Notes under the pieces: model-generated
Database searches by the model: none
Seen by the model: the letters and a program-made list of their open reading frames with translations, nothing else
Told to the model about the DNA's origin: nothing
Made by a program: the position numbers and the translations under genes
Assembly: GCF_006345805.1 (NCBI RefSeq)
Contig: NC_042999.1
Coordinates: forward strand, 37,014,001 to 37,078,000
Direction: 5' to 3'
DNA: 64,000 bases
From: Octopus sinensis
Taxonomy: Eukaryota
Part shown: in pieces, positions 1 through 14,508 of the stretch
How the letters are laid out: every line of letters begins with the position of its first letter
How positions within the stretch are numbered: position 1 is the first letter of the stretch

Positions 1-42
1 ATTATTCATCTCAAAATATGCTCTGTTTTTTTATTTTTGTAG

Positions 43-175
43 TGAACCATACTGATACTATGGACATTGATGGCACCCTGGAAATTCCCAGCAGTAAAGC
101 TACTGTATTAAGGGGACATGAATCAGAGGTGTTCATATGTGCATGGAACCCTACAAATGACCTGTTAGCCTCTGG
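43..175 (+). CDS. TBL1XR1: TBL1 exon: [43 protein letters not shown](G)
   Basis: AG at 41-42, GTAAGT at 176; 133 bp; first WD40 repeat. Confidence 0.96.
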
Positions 176-3100
176 GTAAGTATCCTAAACCAGAATTTTT
201 TTTTGTTACATAATTACACACACACACAATGGCAGTAACTTGATTCTGAACAACGCTGTCTCTTTAGTGTTTTTTTAAAGCAGCATGGATGTGGTATTTC
301 AGTCCTATATACGGTGAGCTGGCAGAAACGTTAGCACACCGGGCGAAATGCTTAGCAGTATTTCGTCTGCCGCTACGGTCTGAGTTCAAATTCAGCTGAC
401 GTCGGCTTTGCCTTTCATCCTTTCGGGGCCGATTAAATAAGTTATGCACTGGGGTCAATGTAATCGACTTAATCCGTTCGTCCTTGTTTCTCCTCTCTGT
501 GTTTAGCCCCTTGTGGGTAGTAAAGAAATAGGTATTTCAGTCCTGTCTGGGACCTACACGTCTTTTGCACTGATGTGGCAAGTAAATAAACAATTACATC
601 ATGGAATTTCTCATTGGATGTTTTGCTTTTTTCAACCAGCCATTACCAGCCATAGTATGCAATACATAATGGAGATGTTAAAAATCGAGTGATGTCTGTA
701 CTTGAAGCTTTTTAATGTAAGGAAAGGCCTTGCTGAGAATCAATCCCACTTTCTAAATAGTATATGATCATTTGCCTCCAAGATAACTATTCTAAATCAT
801 TGGATGCAAACAAAGTTACAGGTGTCATGTCAGTTTTCCTTCTAGAGAAATGTCTCAACAAAATCTAGAGATTGTATGTGTACACGTGCATGAAAGGGTG
901 CAGAAAAGCTCCTGGTGAAAGGCCTGCTCGGAGGCCCAACCTTTTGAGTTCTTTTACAGGGCTCAGAAAAACTGAAGGACGGCTGCATTAAGTGACTCAG
1001 GGAGGGGAGGGAATATGTTGGATAAAATCATAATTAACTGCTGTTTGTCCTGTATTTGCTTTCACCCAAAGCCAGGAACTTTTCAGCACCCCCATTATAT
1101 ATATATATCTCTTTTACTCTTTTACTTGTTTCAGTCATTTGACTGTGGCCATGCTGGAGCACCGCCTTTTAGTCGAGCAAATCGACCCCGGGACTTATTC
1201 TTTTTGTAAGCCCAGTACTTATTCTATTGGTCTCTTTTGCCGAACCGCTAAGTGACGGGGACGTAAACACACCAGCATTGGTTGTCAAGCAATGTTAGGG
1301 GGACAAACACAGACACACAAACACATACACACACATTTATACATATATACGACAGGCTTCTTTCAGTTTCCGTCTACCAAATCCACTCACAAGGCATTGG
1401 TCGGCCCGGGGCTATAGCAGAAGACACTTGCCCAAGATGCCACGCAGTGGGACTGAACCCGGAACCATGTGGTTGGTTAGCAAGCTACTTACCACACAGC
1501 CACTCCTATGTATTTAATATTAATGTATAGAAATGATTTTCTCATATTACATAAATACTAGGCAAAAAATAACTGATATGATAGTAAACATTTAAATAAT
1601 TGTTGAACTGAGCAAAGTAGATCACAATGAATTTTTTTTTCCTTCCTAGTTAAGAGGGAATGCAATCCCCATAACCTTTTTATGAGCCTCTAAGTCTAGT
1701 GGGAGGACAGGAAGGATATATCTTCAAACTGGTGACCTGACCTGAATGCTTGTAACAAAGTGGTTTCTGTTAAAGGTGCATGTATGTGCATACACACATG
1801 CATCAATCTGCTGTAGCACAATGATAGTGATAAGATGTGAAGCAATGATTTTCCAACTTAGAAATATAGGAGTGGGTGTGTGGTAAGTAGGTGTAGCAGT
1901 GGCTGTGTGGTGAGTAGCTTGCTTAGTCCCACTGCATGGCACCTTGGGCAAGTGTCTTCTATAGCCTCGGGCCGGCCAAAGCCTTGTGAGTGGATTTGGT
2001 AGATGGAAACTGAAAGAAGCACGTCATGTGTGTGTGTTTGTCCCCCCAACATCGCTTGACAACCGATGCTGGTGTGTTGCATTCCCATAACTAAGCGGTT
2101 TGGCAAAAGAGACCGATAGAATAAGTATTAGGCTTACAAAGAATAAGCCCTCGGGTCGATTTGCTTGACTATAGGCCGTGCTCCAGCATGGCCACAGTCA
2201 AATGACTGAAACGAATAAAAGAATATATCTGTGTGTGTGTGTGTGTGTGTGTATTTCTAATTTAAAAAAAAAATAGATGTTTCTTTTTAAAGTGAAAAAC
2301 TAAAATATTTGTGTTTCTTATTAAACAACTTTACTGTTACCTATATAGAAGCATCCTTTCCTCAAAACTATATTTGTTGAATGCATATGTCAGAAGTAAT
2401 ATTATTTAACAAATGCTTTTTCGTTCTTATGAAAGTAGAATTTAATCTTGTAAATTTTTGACCTAAAAGTTAGTTATCTTATTTTCCTTTAATACAGCCA
2501 ATTGGTCATTAATTTAGGAAGTAGAATTTAGTAAACATTTATAAGACTAAAACAAAACATTTCTGCTTTAGTAATTCTGATGTGTTATGTTTCTTTAAAA
2601 ATACAAAATTTCTGTTCACAGTTCAGGAGATTCAACTGCTCGGATATGGAATATGAATGATAACAGCAATAATGCTAACCAGTTGGTTCTTCGTCATTGT
2701 ATACAGAAAGGGGGAACAGAAGTTCCTAGTAATAAAGATGTTACTTCTCTTGACTGGAATGTAAGTTTTTTTTTTCCTTCTTTAACCCTTTAGTGTTTAA
2801 ACCGGCCATATCTGGCCCAAATATCCTACATGTTTTATATTCAAACTGGCCATATCTAGCCTCTCACACCTAACCTATAGTGACACTCTAAAAATAAACA
2901 ATCATATCATTGAAACCTCAAAGCTATAACATAATGCATGGTTAATTCAAAAAGATTTGAGTGAAAAAGTATTACATTTAATAGAGAAGTTTGAACACCA
3001 AAGGGTTAAACTTTCTGTATGTCTAATTCTAAGCATAAAACTGCACTCCCACCCTTGTTCATCACTCACTACATTAACCTCTATCTCCACCTGTCAATTC

Positions 3101-6100
3101 CCCTTCCTCACACACTTATGAAAGTATCCACATGCTTTTTCATCCTTTCCCATGAAACACTGTCCATGTCCTCTCTTATACTCACCTTCTTGCTCCTTGA
3201 GAGATTACTCTAGCATCCCATCACTACCATCCTGTTATCTCCTCTACAGCAAGACACCTGTGATTGTCTTTCTATCATACTTTTAGTCTTCTAACAACTG
3301 ACATACAGCCACCCACCTCCACCTTCCCTTTTCAAATAGTTCCTCTTGGTAGTGGGAGCTTTTTCCATTTCCTTTTTCTCTGTTCTTTTCTGGTGGCATG
3401 CGAAAAAAAAAAAAAGCACTCTGTACACTCTGTAAAGTGGTTGACATTAGGAAGGGCATCCAGCCATAGAAATCATGCCAAAGAGGACATTGGAACTCAA
3501 CACAGTTCTGCAATTCACTGATTCCTTGATAAAGCATGCTACCTATACTGATATGGAAAGTGGATGTTAAATGGTGATGATGAAAATAAATTGTTTCTTT
3601 AATTAATGTTAGTAGGTCTGTTCTGAAATGACTCTTAAAATTTTTTTGCTGCAACTTGATCAAAATTGAGATGCAAATTCAAAATCATCTCAAAATCATG
3701 TATAAAGGGAAAAAATGAGCTTGATGGTTCTGCTGGAACAGCATCTGTATATTTTGTCACACACACATACTTATCCAGACACATGCACACAGTGATGCAC
3801 CTTTGTGTTCAGTAAGTTGCCAAACATGACAACAGTTGTTGATCAACATCATTATATCTCCTATCCTTTACTTGTTTCAGTCATTAGACTGCGGCCATAC
3901 TGAGTCACTGTCTGGAAGAATTTTTAGTCAAACGTATCGACCCCAATACTTATTATTTTTTTTAAAAGCTTGGTACTTATTCTATTGTTTCTTTTGTTGA
4001 ACTGCTAAGTTATGGAGATGTAAACAGACTAGTACCAGTTGTCAAGTGGTGGTGGTGACGCACACACACACACACACACACACATGACAGGCTTTTCCAG
4101 TCTCCATCTACCAAATCCATTCACAAAGCTTTGGTTGGCACAAGGCTATAGCAGACATGTGCCCAAGGTGCCACGCAGTGGAACTGAACCCAAGACCATG
4201 TGATTGGGAAGCAAGCTTCTTAACACACAGCCATGCCTGCATTTATATATAAATATTTAAAGTGGTGAGGTAGCAGAATCATTAGCACATTAGAAAAATT
4301 CTTAGCAGCATTTTCTTCCAGCTCTTTATGTTCTGAGTTCAAATCCTGCTGAGGTCAGTTTTGCCTTTCATCCTTTCAGGGTTGATAAAATAAGGTGACA
4401 GTCAAGTACTGGGTTGATATTGACTTCAAAGTTGTTGACCTTGTCTTGCAAAGTTGTTGACCTTGTCTTGAAATTAGAAAGAATTAGATGTAAACAGTCT
4501 TTTGAATTCTGTTTCCAGCGAATGCTTTATTATGTATAAGATTTCTTTTTTCTAACACTGCTTCTTGAGAAACCATTATCTATAAAAACTTCTTATAAAT
4601 GACTTACTCTTGGGGGGAGTTCCTTTGGCAATTTTAATTTCATATTTAGAAGAATTTGTAATGTTCAATTAATGTAAGAAAATAAAGAAGCTTTTCAAAA
4701 ATACAGTTAGCTAGTTGAGACTGTATTTTTAAAAATAAGTTTTCATAACCATAATTATCATTGAAAAATGTTTTTCGTTTAATTTATGATCCTTATAATT
4801 ATTACTAACATAAGTTAGTTGATATGAGGAGTTTTTAAAAAGGTAGATTAAATGTCATTGTATTTATTGCAGTGTGATGGTACGCTCTTAGCGACAGGAT
4901 CCTATGATGGCTTTGCTAGAATATGGAGTACTGATGGTAAGTAAGCTGCTTTTGGAAAGACTTTTTACTGTTTTTTCTTTATTTTTATATTATTTTTTAA
5001 TGCTTATGATGCATTCTTGAAGTAAAAACTGTGCTAGATAGGGCAACTATCTTGATTACAGGTAAGTTCACTGCCATCAATTTTACCTACCGCGAGGAAA
5101 AAGTTTACTAAGAAAATATATCCATAGTATTTCACCATTAATAGTTAAAAACTTTTTATTGCAAAAAAAAAAAAAAAGGGCGAATTATTGATGATGATGA
5201 ACTTATTGGACATGAACTATCTTACCCTAATGTAAAACCCAAACTTGTGACAAGAAGTTTGAACTCATGGTCTAGAATAATCTCTAAACATTTTTAGATA
5301 TTCATTAATTTGTTGTTTTACAATGTTTGCCATAATTAGATGAATATGTTTCGAAGCATTGTTTTCATAGTCAGATGCTCTTCCTGTATCTAACTCATAC
5401 CTGTTTTGCAGGCGATGGGGGCTTATTATTACCTCCACCTTAGTGAAAGTGGAGGTATTGTTTTCAGTCGTGTTTGTTTGTTTGTCCATGGATGAGATAT
5501 CTCAAGAACTACTGGATGGATTCGAATGAAACTTTCAGGGATGTTTGGCCCCGTGACTGGCACGAACTGATTAGATTTTGGGATCGATCTGGTACTGGAC
5601 AAGGATTCTAGTTTATTTTCCCACTTTTTAAACTTAATTTTTTGAGAGATATCGGATTCATTTTTAGTATTCTCGTTTGTGAGAGCAGTCAAGTTTATTT
5701 CAGATATTCTCATTTTAAGAATCACCTTCAGCTAATCATTGAAAGGACGTTGGTGTTGCTTTGGCAGAAGTTTGCACTCTCTGAGTGCTCTTGTTAATAT
5801 TATTTCACTCATCTTTGATAACAGAGAGCAACAGGATGTTTTGTTAGCAGGGAATGTCAATGAATGTCATTATTTGTTTTGCATGCTGCTCTCTAATTGA
5901 TGAGGGAACATGTGGAAGGGGCAGACCCGGGAAGATGTGGGACAAAGTGATGAGAAAGGAACTGCAGGCATTGGGACTCACAGAGGGGGTAACAGGGGAC
6001 CGAAACATCTGGTGGTCTGTACTTGAGACGACACATCGAGCTAATTAAAAGCTTGGCTGTCTTTGAATACAAGTACGTCCCTTGCAACCCTCTTCAGCCG

Positions 6101-9100
6101 AGCACTCCTAATGTTGCAGGCTTGTAAGTGCTGGTGATACATAAAAAGCATCTGTGCCGGTGCTGTGTAAAAAGCACATTCTGTAAAGTCATTGACGTTA
6201 GGAAGGGCATCCAGCTGTAGAAACTATGCCAAAACAGACAGGGAGCTTGAACAGCCCTTCAGCTGGTCAGCTCCTGTCAAACTGTCCAACCCATGCTAGT
6301 GTGGAAAATGGATATATGATGCACCCACTACACTCTTGGAGTGGTTGGCATTAGGAAGGGCATCCAGCTGTAGAAACTCTGCCAGATCAGATTGGAGCCT
6401 GGCGCAGCCATCTGGTTTGCCAGTCCTCAGTCAAATCATCCGACCCATGCTAGCATGGAAAGCGGATGTTAAACGATGATGATGATAGGTTTCCATATAG
6501 TTTCCATCTACCAATTACCCTCATTCTGATTCTACTGTAGTAGATATTTGCTCTAGGTACCATGCAGTGAGATAGAACTCAAAACCATGTAACAAAACCA
6601 ACCCTGTATCCACATATCCATGCTTGTACCTACTAAGTTTATGTTTCAGATAATGTGGATGTTTGTTTCCTTTCTTGAATTATATCATTAGGCACAGGTT
6701 TAGCTGTGTGGTTAAGAAGTTTTCTTCTCAACTACTTGATTTTAGGTTCAGTCCCATTGTGTGCACCTTGGGCAAGTGACCTTCGTAGCCCTGGGCTGAC
6801 CAGAGCCTTGTTAGTGGATTTAGTAGACTGAAACTGGAAGAACCCAGTCATGTGTGTTTTTCCTTGTCTTGACACTGGATGATTGTCTCTCTCTCTCTCT
6901 CTTTCTTTCTTTCTCTCTCTCTCTCTATCTTTCACACACACACACACACCACACAAAAAAGTGCTGTCCTGTGCTAGGTTATTGTTGCATGTTGTATCTG
7001 AAATAATGGGTCTATGGATCACATCTACTCTTTTTGTGGGTCACTTATGCTGCTTGGTCAAAAACATACTTTTAGTAAATTTTAATATATTAAGATAAAT
7101 ATTAAAATTGCTTGAAAAATTGTTGTTATACTGTATGTTTTCAGATCAACAATTGGTATGAAGTTTAACCTACTATTTAATTAATTCAGCTCAGTGTCTT
7201 CAGAATGGCCTTCTTAAAACTTTAGTGTTTTCTTTTTTCCTTATTTGATCAAGGCAAATATGGTTTATGAATTTTGAAAATTTAGTTTTATATCAATTTA
7301 AAATTGCTTGAACCTTCAGTTTCTCCATACAAACATAGCTACTAAGGGGATAAAGAACAATGATGAGTGACAATGTTAAAGTGAAAATGAGTTCAAACTG
7401 GTATTGTGTTGTCCATTCTCAGTATTATTTTTGCTTTAGGAATTTCAAAGTACTAAAGCTTTTTTTTCTTCTCCCCATCAGTTTTATTTTGTATTTTTAT
7501 TTAATTATTGCAGGCCAACTGGTAAATACACTTGGTCAACATAAAGGACCCATATTTGCTCTGAAATGGAATAAACGAGGAAATTATATTCTTAGTGCTG
7601 GTGTGGATAAGGTAAGATATTTGGTCTTTTGAATTAAAAAAAAATTCAAAAATCAAAACATAGAAATTTTTAATTTCCTAATTGTGACTTGACATAGTTT
7701 TAGTTAAATTAATGACTCATTGTCAGAGAACTGTTGAATTTGAAGAACATTCCATTTTAAAACTCTCATAACATTATTTTGAAGCACAAAACTACCTCTG
7801 TCTCATTTAATTTTGAAAATAATTGAGCATTTAAAGTTAGGTATATAGCTTCACTAAAATATATATTTTCATCAGTTGATTGGTATATTAATGTGTGTTT
7901 AACCCATTAACATTTAAACTGGCCATATCTAGCATGAATATTCTATGTATTTATGTTCAAATTAGCCAAATCCAGACTCGCCTAAGCTACAATGTCATTC
8001 TAAAAATAAACAATCACATCATTGATATCTTGAAGCATGATTAATTCATAACAATATGAATATATAAGTTGCTTGCCTTATGCTAGAATTTCAAAAATAA
8101 AGACAGTGGGCTGGCAGAATTGTTAACGTGTTGGGCAAAATGCTTATTGACATATCTTCTAGCTCTTCATGTTTTGAGTTCAGTTACTGGCCTTATGCCA
8201 AATTTTGAAAGAATAAGAGGTGTCTGGGACAGAAGGATTGTTTGTATCAAAGGACCAAAATCAGTCTCAAGAAGTTGGTATGTCAAGGGTTGATATGAAA
8301 TAACAAAAAACAGAAATCAATGTGGTGCCTCAGCATGGCTGCATTCTAATAACTGAAACAGGTTAAAGGTAAATCTGAATGTGTTTTTGCAAGCTCACTG
8401 CTATTACAAATGAAGGACATAATTCTACAACTAGGAACCTGTGTTGTTCGTTGAGGTAAAAATAAGCTGTATAGAATGTTTCTTTTTTTATTTATCAGGA
8501 CACCTTGTTTTGATTCATTTCTAATTTAATGACCACTTTTCCATACTGGCAAGAATTGAACAATATTTCTCGAGGTGGTGTTCTGATACTCTTCCTGATG
8601 CCAATCATTACTTGCATCTAACTTTATTTATTGTTTTTCAAGCAAGATACATCTATCCTCGTTTATCATGGTTGTTTAGTTAAAAAAACAAAACAAAAAC
8701 TATTAAATGAATCGATGATAAAGGATTAGTAGAACATATGAAAAATATAGGTTTGCATTCCGAGATCCCCAGTTCTTTTGAGGATTGTGGATAACCAGTG
8801 GGGCAACTGCCTATGTAGTTATAAACCAGGTGACAGTGAAAAATGTCTTTACCCACTAAGGTTCAAATCCTGCTTTTGTCAACTTTACCTTTCATTCTTC
8901 TGAGGTTGATAAAATAGTAACAATCCAAGGTGGTGATTTGTCAAACTGGGTTGTTTGCTGTAGTTGATTTTGCTCTTTGTGTTCTGTGTTCAAATCCCAC
9001 CATGGCCTATTTGGTTGGTAGACTTAATCCAGCTCTCACTTTAACACCACTACAGGTACCTTGGGTGTTTTGAATCCACCCTATTATATGCATTCATTTG

Positions 9101-12100
9101 AACCATTTCTCTGGTTAGAAGATACACCCCCCCCTCTTCATTCCATTTATCTCAGACACTCTCTAAAGTGACAGGGACACTGCCTTTCCTCATGACAAAA
9201 AGGCAAAGAAAAGAAAAGAAAAAAAAGAAGTAGTTTTTCTTGTATGTTGTTGTTGTTATGACTAATCTTTGTAAATTTTTCTTTTCTTCAAGACAACAAT
9301 TATATGGGATGCCAGTTCAGGACACTGTACACAACAATTTGCATTTCACTCTGGTAAGTGCAAATATTTTCATTTACATTTTGCATAACCCCCCCCCCCC
9401 CCATCTGTAAATGACAAACAAGATTTCATTCTGTGCACTTATATTCTACTCTCTCTCTCTCTCTCTCTCATTTAGCAAATCTTCATTCAAAAGCATTCCT
9501 GTTGTTATCATCCACCTTTCTTTTTTTCAAATATATTTATTTCTTTACTACCCACAAGGGGCTAAACACAGAGGGGACAAACAAAGACAGACAAACGGAT
9601 CAAGTCGATTACATTGACCCCAGTGCGTAATTGGTACTTAATTTATCGACCCTGAAAGGATGAAAGGCAAAGTCGACCTCGGCGGAATTTGAACTCAGAA
9701 CGTAACGGCAGACGAAATACAGCTACGCATTTCGCCCGGCGTGCTAACGATTCTGCCAGCTCGCCGCCTTCATATATTTGTGCTTTGTTTGTCCAATATG
9801 CCCTTGTTTTAAGATGGCTGTGAGGTGAGGATGGTTAGGTTATCTCCTCTGTGTTGAACCCCGGGCAAGTGTTTTCTATTATAGCCTTGGACTAACCACT
9901 GCCTTGGTATGTTATTCAGTAGATGGAAACAGCAGAGAAGCTCATGGTGTGTGTGTGTGCGTGTTATCTCCACATCTGCTTGTAGTGACACCATTTCAGC
10001 AGTGATGTGTTTATATCTCTCGTATATAAAACGTCCAGTTGTGATTCATTGTGCAAAAACATTTAAAAAAAAAGAGAAAAAAAAACAAACAAACCCCAAA
10101 GCAAGTCTTGATGTCGGCAAGCATGTCAGGCTTTAGAATACTGATTCAAATAGTCTACAAAGCCATACCAATATAGAAGACTGAACATAAAAAATGATGT
10201 TGGGTGTGATTTGAACAAGAATTAGAGCTCCTCTCATTGATGAGCATGTCTTGAGATGTGTGTGTGTGTGTGAGAGTGAAAGAGAGAGAGAGAGAGAGAG
10301 AGTTCTAATAATTCCAAAACTAAAACTGCTTGGTATGTTGTTATGAATGTTTAAATATAAAGCCATATATCTTTTACATTTTAAAGAAACATTTTAATTT
10401 CCATAACTGCATTATGTTTATTTCATTATGATATTAATTTGATTTCTATAATGCTACACATTATGTTAAATTGATCTCTATGGTAACTACATTGCATTAA
10501 TTCATGCTGAATTTTCCCCCCTCCACATCTTCTTCTTCAGCTCCTGCGCTGGACGTTGACTGGCAGAGTAACACAAGTTTTGCTTCCTGTTCAACTGATC
10601 AGTGTATACATGTTTGTAAATTAGGTGTGGAAAAACCAATAAAAACATTCCAAGGCCATACAGTGAGTAGTTTTGTTGTTGTTCTTGTTGTTTAGCTTCA
10701 GATCAGTGTTAATTGAATAGAAATTGGATCATTGGACATTCCAACAATAACCTGTGTGTGCGTGTCCCCTCTGTCTGTCATTAACGACCATGGATGAAGC
10801 TTCTAGTTGTCTGCTTCACTGGTGCAGAATTTCAGTGTCATTGTTATCTTTGAATTTCTGATTTCACTTTTCCAGAATTTTATTTGAGTAATAAAACACA
10901 TCATCATCATCGTCGTTTAACGTCCGCTTTCCATGCTAGCATGGGTTGGACGGTTCAACTGGGGTCTGGGAAGCCAGAAGGCTGCACCAGGCCCAGTCTG
11001 ATCTGGCAGTGTTTCTACAGCTGGATGCCCTTCCTAATGCCAACCACTCCGTGAGTGTAGTGGGTGCTTTTTACATGCCACCGGCCATGATCGGATGGTG
11101 CTTTTTACGTGCCACCGGCACGGAGACCAGACGAAGCTGGCAACGGCCACGATCAGATGGTGCTTTTTACGTGCCAGTCAGGGCTGCGCTGGCTATGGTC
11201 ACGTTTGGATGGGTCTCTTACATGCCACCGGCACTGGTATCACATACTTCTTTTATTGATTTTTTTTTTCTTGGAAAGAAATCTCAGTCCAGTAATAATA
11301 CAATAATTTTTAGAATATAAGTTCCCCTGTTGCTTAATTATTTTGCACCTAAACTATGTTATTTTTAAATGTTATATTGCTAATATATGATATATTGTTG
11401 TATATCATCTGTTTCTCCATGGCAGGCTAGGATTAAATTGGATATATGAACAGGAATAAAAAATACATGCATTTCTAAATAACTTTAATTTTGTTATTTC
11501 AGAATGAAGTAAATGCAATCAAATGGGACCCACAAGGTTTACTCCTGGCATCTTGTTCAGATGATATGACATTAAAAGTAAGTCATTGCCATCGTTTCAA
11601 AGGTTTTATATATAAGGTATAGTAATAAAGAGTAATGACCTCCTTTGGTCATGAATGACCATGGGATTGCACCTAGAAAGTTCCCCCTCTGAGACACAAG
11701 TCCAGGTAAGGTTGTTTATGGAACACCAGCAGTTTCCCATTGATACCAGCCTCCACTATCCATGCTATCATTGTTATCCAAGGGAAAAGCAAAAAAAAGC
11801 CAGTACAACTTGGCACCAGTGACGTCACGACTCATTTCTGCTGCTGAGTGAACAGGAGCAACATGAAATAAAATGTCTTGCTCAAGAACACTATACACAG
11901 CCTGATCCCGGAATCAAACTCACTACCCTCTGATTGTGAGCCTGATGCTCTAACCACTGAACCATGCACCTTTGCCCTTTACCCTTTTTACCCATATATA
12001 TGGGAACTGTGTTTGTATTTGTCTTCACCACACTACTCAACAACTGATGTTGGTTTCTTTATGCCCTTATAACTTAGCAGTTCACGAAAAAGTGAATGAT

Positions 12101-14374
12101 AAAATAAGTGCTAAACTTAAAAGTATGTACTGGCATTGATTTGTTTGATTGAATACTTCAAGTTGTTGTTCTAACATGGCCACAGTTCAATGAGGGAAAC
12201 AAATAAAATTGTGTGTGTGTACACATGCATATTTCTTTTCACTTCACATCTTTGTTACTATGCTAGCATGGTTTAGATGGGAGGAAATTGGGCAGGATTT
12301 TATGACTGGATGCTCTTTCTGTTACCAACTTTACTTTGTTTTCTAATAAGAGAGATTTTTTTCATACAAAAGAGAAGAGGTACAAGGTGATTTGTTGGCA
12401 AGAAATGTCAGCAAACATCACTGGTTGTTAGCTAACCTTAAATGATGTTAACATTTGTAGCTGAGACTCAGTCACTGTTTGGTGCCATAAGCTCAGCATA
12501 GTTTTGTCAACATTTTCAAGCATGCACACATACATGCAACCTGCAGCTCTGTCCTAAAATTTAATGGAATAAAAAAAAAACTTTCTTACTTTAAAGCAAG
12601 TAAGCCTGACAAGAAGAAGAGCATCAATATGTAAAATTCTACCTCAAATTAAGTATCAGTTCAACCCATGCCAGTATATAAAATGAACAAAAGAACAATA
12701 TAATATCATAGGTGAAAGAGGATGTATGGAATATTTTAATATAGTTTCGATTTTTCTTTTCTTCTATATATCTTTGTTCTTTATTCTTTAATTTTAATCA
12801 ATCAACTATAATGGATTTATTATTTTTTTGCATTATAGATATGGAGTATGCGACAAGATCAGTGTGTCCATGATTTACAAGCACATGATAAAGAAATTTA
12901 TACGATCAAGTGGAGTCCTACAGGTCAAGGCACTAACAACCCTAATGCCCCATTAATATTGGCAAGGTAAATTCTTTAGTTTTGTTATTGGTAAAGCAAT
13001 CCTTAGCATAATGTCTAGCTTTGTGCATGGTCTCAGTCATAGGTCACCATACCAGAATAAGAAGAAAATGTCAGCCAGAGTACTAATTTCATTTATCTTG
13101 TTTGGAATATTCCTTGTATTTGGTGAGTGATTGGCTGAAAACTAGCATTCAACAAAAGCAATAGTAGTCCTTGTCCATCCTGGAACAGTAAGGGAAGTTT
13201 GTCTTTGGCAGCACCATTTCTTGAGTATATCTAGCTATACCACAATTACCATTCTCCTTAGCTGGGCATGTGCATTTATTGGGACACCCTGTAAATCATT
13301 GAATGCCATGCACAAACATGATTGTTGTCACTCAATTAATAAAAATTTTGCCCTTCTGAATCATAATTTTTACCTTAATTATCATTTAGTTTATTGTTTT
13401 TATCTGTGCGCTATTTCTGATTATTTAAATCCATAAAAATTGGAAAACAAAGCCTATGAGTATCTAGGAGGTTGCTAGATCATTATATCATTATAATTTA
13501 GGATACCTGATGGCTGATACATTGGTTTCAAATTTTAGCACAAGGCCAGCAATTTTGGGGACATTATATGTCAGAGCTCAACAGATACTTATTTTTGTCA
13601 ACCTAGAAAGGATGAAAGGCAAAGTTGACCTTGGTAGAATTTGAACTCAAAATGTAAAGGCAGATAAAATGCCTCTAAGTATTTTACCTGGTGTGCTAAT
13701 GATTCTGCCAGCTTACCACCTTGATGATGACTGATATATTGGTTGTTCTTATTGTGGATGCTACAATGTTATAACCAAATAATTCAGATGTCTTGTTCAG
13801 AGGTTTAATACTTGACACAAAATCAGTATTTATTCTTTGAAAGCATAAGCAAAAATTAGTAGTTAAAAAAGGGTATTTCCATTCCTTGTATATTCAGAGC
13901 TTCATGGCTCAGAAGACATTAATACTTACATCTATTTAAAATTTTGATATGATTTTTCTTTGTTTTCTTCCAGTGCAAGTTTTGACTCAACAGTTCGGTT
14001 ATGGGATGTTGAGCAAGGTTCTTGTATCCACACACTAACGAAGCATCAAGAGCCTGTCTATAGTGTAGCTTTTAGTCCAGATGGAAAATATTTAGCAAGC
14101 GGATCCTTTGATAAATGTGTTCATATCTGGAATGTACAGGTGAGATCATTTTTCTGATCATCATTAGTTGTTGCTATTGATGAAATCTAATGTTTTTTTA
14201 CAGAAAATTAACAGGCGTGGCTGTGTGGTAAGTAGCTTGCTTACCAACCACATGGTTTTGGGTTCAGTCCCACTGCGTGGCACCTTGGGCAAGTGTCTTC
14301 TACTATAGCCTCGGGCTGACCAAAGCCTTGTGAGTGGATTTGGTAGACGGGAACTGAATGAAGCCTGTCATATA

Positions 14375-14445
<71 letters not shown>

Positions 14446-14458
14446 TATATATATATAA

Positions 14459-14508
<50 letters not shown>

